64,000 nucleotides of DNA. Source: Trueperaceae bacterium. Its GTDB lineage: Bacteria > Deinococcota > Deinococci > Deinococcales > Trueperaceae. A program made the translations under genes and the position numbers. Location of the stretch: positions 4,320,001 to 4,384,000 of the forward strand of contig OZ243956.1 of NCBI GenBank assembly GCA_965214405.1. Reading direction: 5' to 3'. Below, one piece after another: positions 62,778-64,000 of the stretch (positions are counted from its first letter, which is position 1; the number at the start of each line of letters is the position of its first letter). Under the pieces are notes generated by a model. It was given only the letters and a program-made list of their open reading frames with translations. It did not search any database and was not told the origin of the DNA.

Positions 62778-63164
62778 TCACCACAAAACCTGCACGTCGT
62801 AGGCTGGAAAGTGTTCGTCTTTGCTCAGGAGTGTCAGGTTTTCCTCTATTGCCTGCGCGATGATGAGGCGGTCGAAGGGGTCGCGGTGGTGCAAAGGCAA
62901 AGTAGTGAGTCTGCTGAGGTGCGCTTTTTCTATTGGCAGCGGCGTGACGTTCTTAGCCGCGACCTTATCAACGACAAAACTGTCGAATGATGAGCCGAGG
63001 TCGAGCTTGCCGATGGTGACTTTAATGGCTATTTCCCACAAGCTGGCTACGCTCAAGAATGAGTCATTAGCGGTGTCCTCGAGTAGAACGCGGGCTCCTT
63101 CGCTCAGCCTCGGGTCGTCGTTTACAGCCCAGAGCAGCGTGTGCGTGTCGAGTAGTAATCTCAC
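62778..63164 (-). CDS. vapC: PIN-domain toxin
   Basis: LLLDTHTLLW, SVASLWEIAIK, HHRDPFDRLIIAQA. Confidence 0.93.
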   Translation of the reverse strand: MRLLLDTHTLLWAVNDDPRLSEGARVLLEDTANDSFLSVASLWEIAIKVTIGKLDLGSSFDSFVVDKVAAKNVTPLPIEKAHLSRLTTLPLHHRDPFDRLIIAQAIEENLTLLSKDEHFPAYDVQVLW

Positions 63165-63400
63165 TCCATATACTCTTTGAAGTCCTCGAGCGGTTCATCA
63201 AAATCCTCAGACATCCAAATCTCACCCTTCGCGCTGCCGACAAGCCCCCGCTTGCCCGCGCGTGGCTGAGGTTGTGGCGCAGGTACGATTTTGTAGGCGC
63301 TGCCGTCTTCTCGGGTGATGATGACCTCTTCGCCGTCGGCAACTTTAGCCAGGAGTGTCTCGAGCCGTTCTTTCGCCTCTTCCAGCATCACGGTAGTCAT
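63161..63400 (-). CDS. Phd/YefM antitoxin
   Basis: EEAKERL..L...VADGEEVIITR, GSAKGEIWMSEDFDEPLEDF. Confidence 0.9.
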   Translation of the reverse strand: MTTVMLEEAKERLETLLAKVADGEEVIITREDGSAYKIVPAPQPQPRAGKRGLVGSAKGEIWMSEDFDEPLEDFKEYME

Positions 63401-63423
63401 AGGGTCATTCTATTATATGAACG

Positions 63424-63636
63424 TTAATCCAGCACATCATCCGGTATCTCAGAGGCGGGAATGAGCACCACTTCCCCGTCGCGCTCGACCGCAACCGGAT
63501 TGCCCGCGAGTTTGTGTCCACGCAAGGCGATTTTGACAGCTTTGGTGAGCGCTGCGGTTACGACTTCAGGATTGCGTAATGCCTCGGCAATCCTCTCGGA
63601 AGTGTTTACGGACGGCTCTTTTGAAGCGTCTGCCAT
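63424..63636 (-). CDS. Small putative antitoxin/partner of the zeta-like ATPase
   Basis: AV..AL..HK..GNPVAVERDGEVV.IP pattern; overlaps the ATPase 3' end. Confidence 0.7.
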   Translation of the reverse strand: MADASKEPSVNTSERIAEALRNPEVVTAALTKAVKIALRGHKLAGNPVAVERDGEVVLIPASEIPDDVLD

Positions 63637-63998
63637 AATTCCCTTTCATATATTTTTACTTCCTGCCCGACAGCACGTTCAGCTATGAGTCTAGGACGAG
63701 CGTAGGCGCTATTATCATAAATCATCCAGCCATCTGCCAAGGGTTCGTAAAGCTCGAAAAAGTTTTTTAGACCGGATGTGTAACGCCGCCGAACGACATC
63801 CTCGGGAACGCTGTGACCTCCTAAACGAACACGCTCCTTCACGCGCTGTACAGCTAAATCGGCTGAGGAGAGCCACAAAAAAATGAGGATGAACTGGTAA
63901 CCTCGCCCCCTCTCCTTCGCAATCCAAGGCGCGAAACTGCGGCTCGCCAGGGTGGTCTCAAAAGCGAAAGACCGCCTTTCACGCGCAAGCTGCCGCAG
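63606..63998 (-). CDS. Zeta-toxin-like P-loop ATPase (COG4185 type), 5' end outside window
   Basis: Frame open to the window edge: SFAFETTLASRS, FLWLSSADLAVQRV..RV..GGHSVPEDVVRRRY, YDNS. Confidence 0.88.
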   Translation of the reverse strand: MRQLARERRSFAFETTLASRSFAPWIAKERGRGYQFILIFLWLSSADLAVQRVKERVRLGGHSVPEDVVRRRYTSGLKNFFELYEPLADGWMIYDNSAYARPRLIAERAVGQEVKIYERELWQTLQKSRP

Positions 63999-64000
63999 AC

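Overview
GC-rich bacterial chromosomal window. Gene content and style (CsaB plus DUF5693, Skp, a Rad52/DdrA-like paralogue, gyrA without gyrB, many apparently leaderless genes) point to Deinococcota, probably a Trueperaceae-like lineage; this is an inference. Core genes: pyrG-udk, hisS-aspS, ffh-rpsP-khpA-rimM-trmD, ftsE, gyrA, nfi, purB. Accessory genes: a sugar-type ABC importer, Ktr/Trk K+ uptake, two two-component loci, three VapBC-type TA pairs plus a zeta-like ATPase pair, a xanthine-dehydrogenase-family operon, a lipid-modification-like operon and a stand-alone CdaZ-like diadenylate cyclase. I saw no rRNA, tRNA, CRISPR array, transposase or prophage. Main unexplained signals: (1) a dispersed ~110-bp structured, MITE-like repeat family with 3 full and 1-2 partial copies; (2) roughly ten-fold over-representation of the palindrome CTCGAG; (3) a regulated locus encoding a secreted duplicated-domain protein and a Tat-lipoprotein intradiol dioxygenase; (4) a PPP leader peptide and SD-sequestering leader before an EamA transporter; (5) a PfpI gene whose natural start codon reads ACG. 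All calls come from reading the sequence by eye; no database searches were run.
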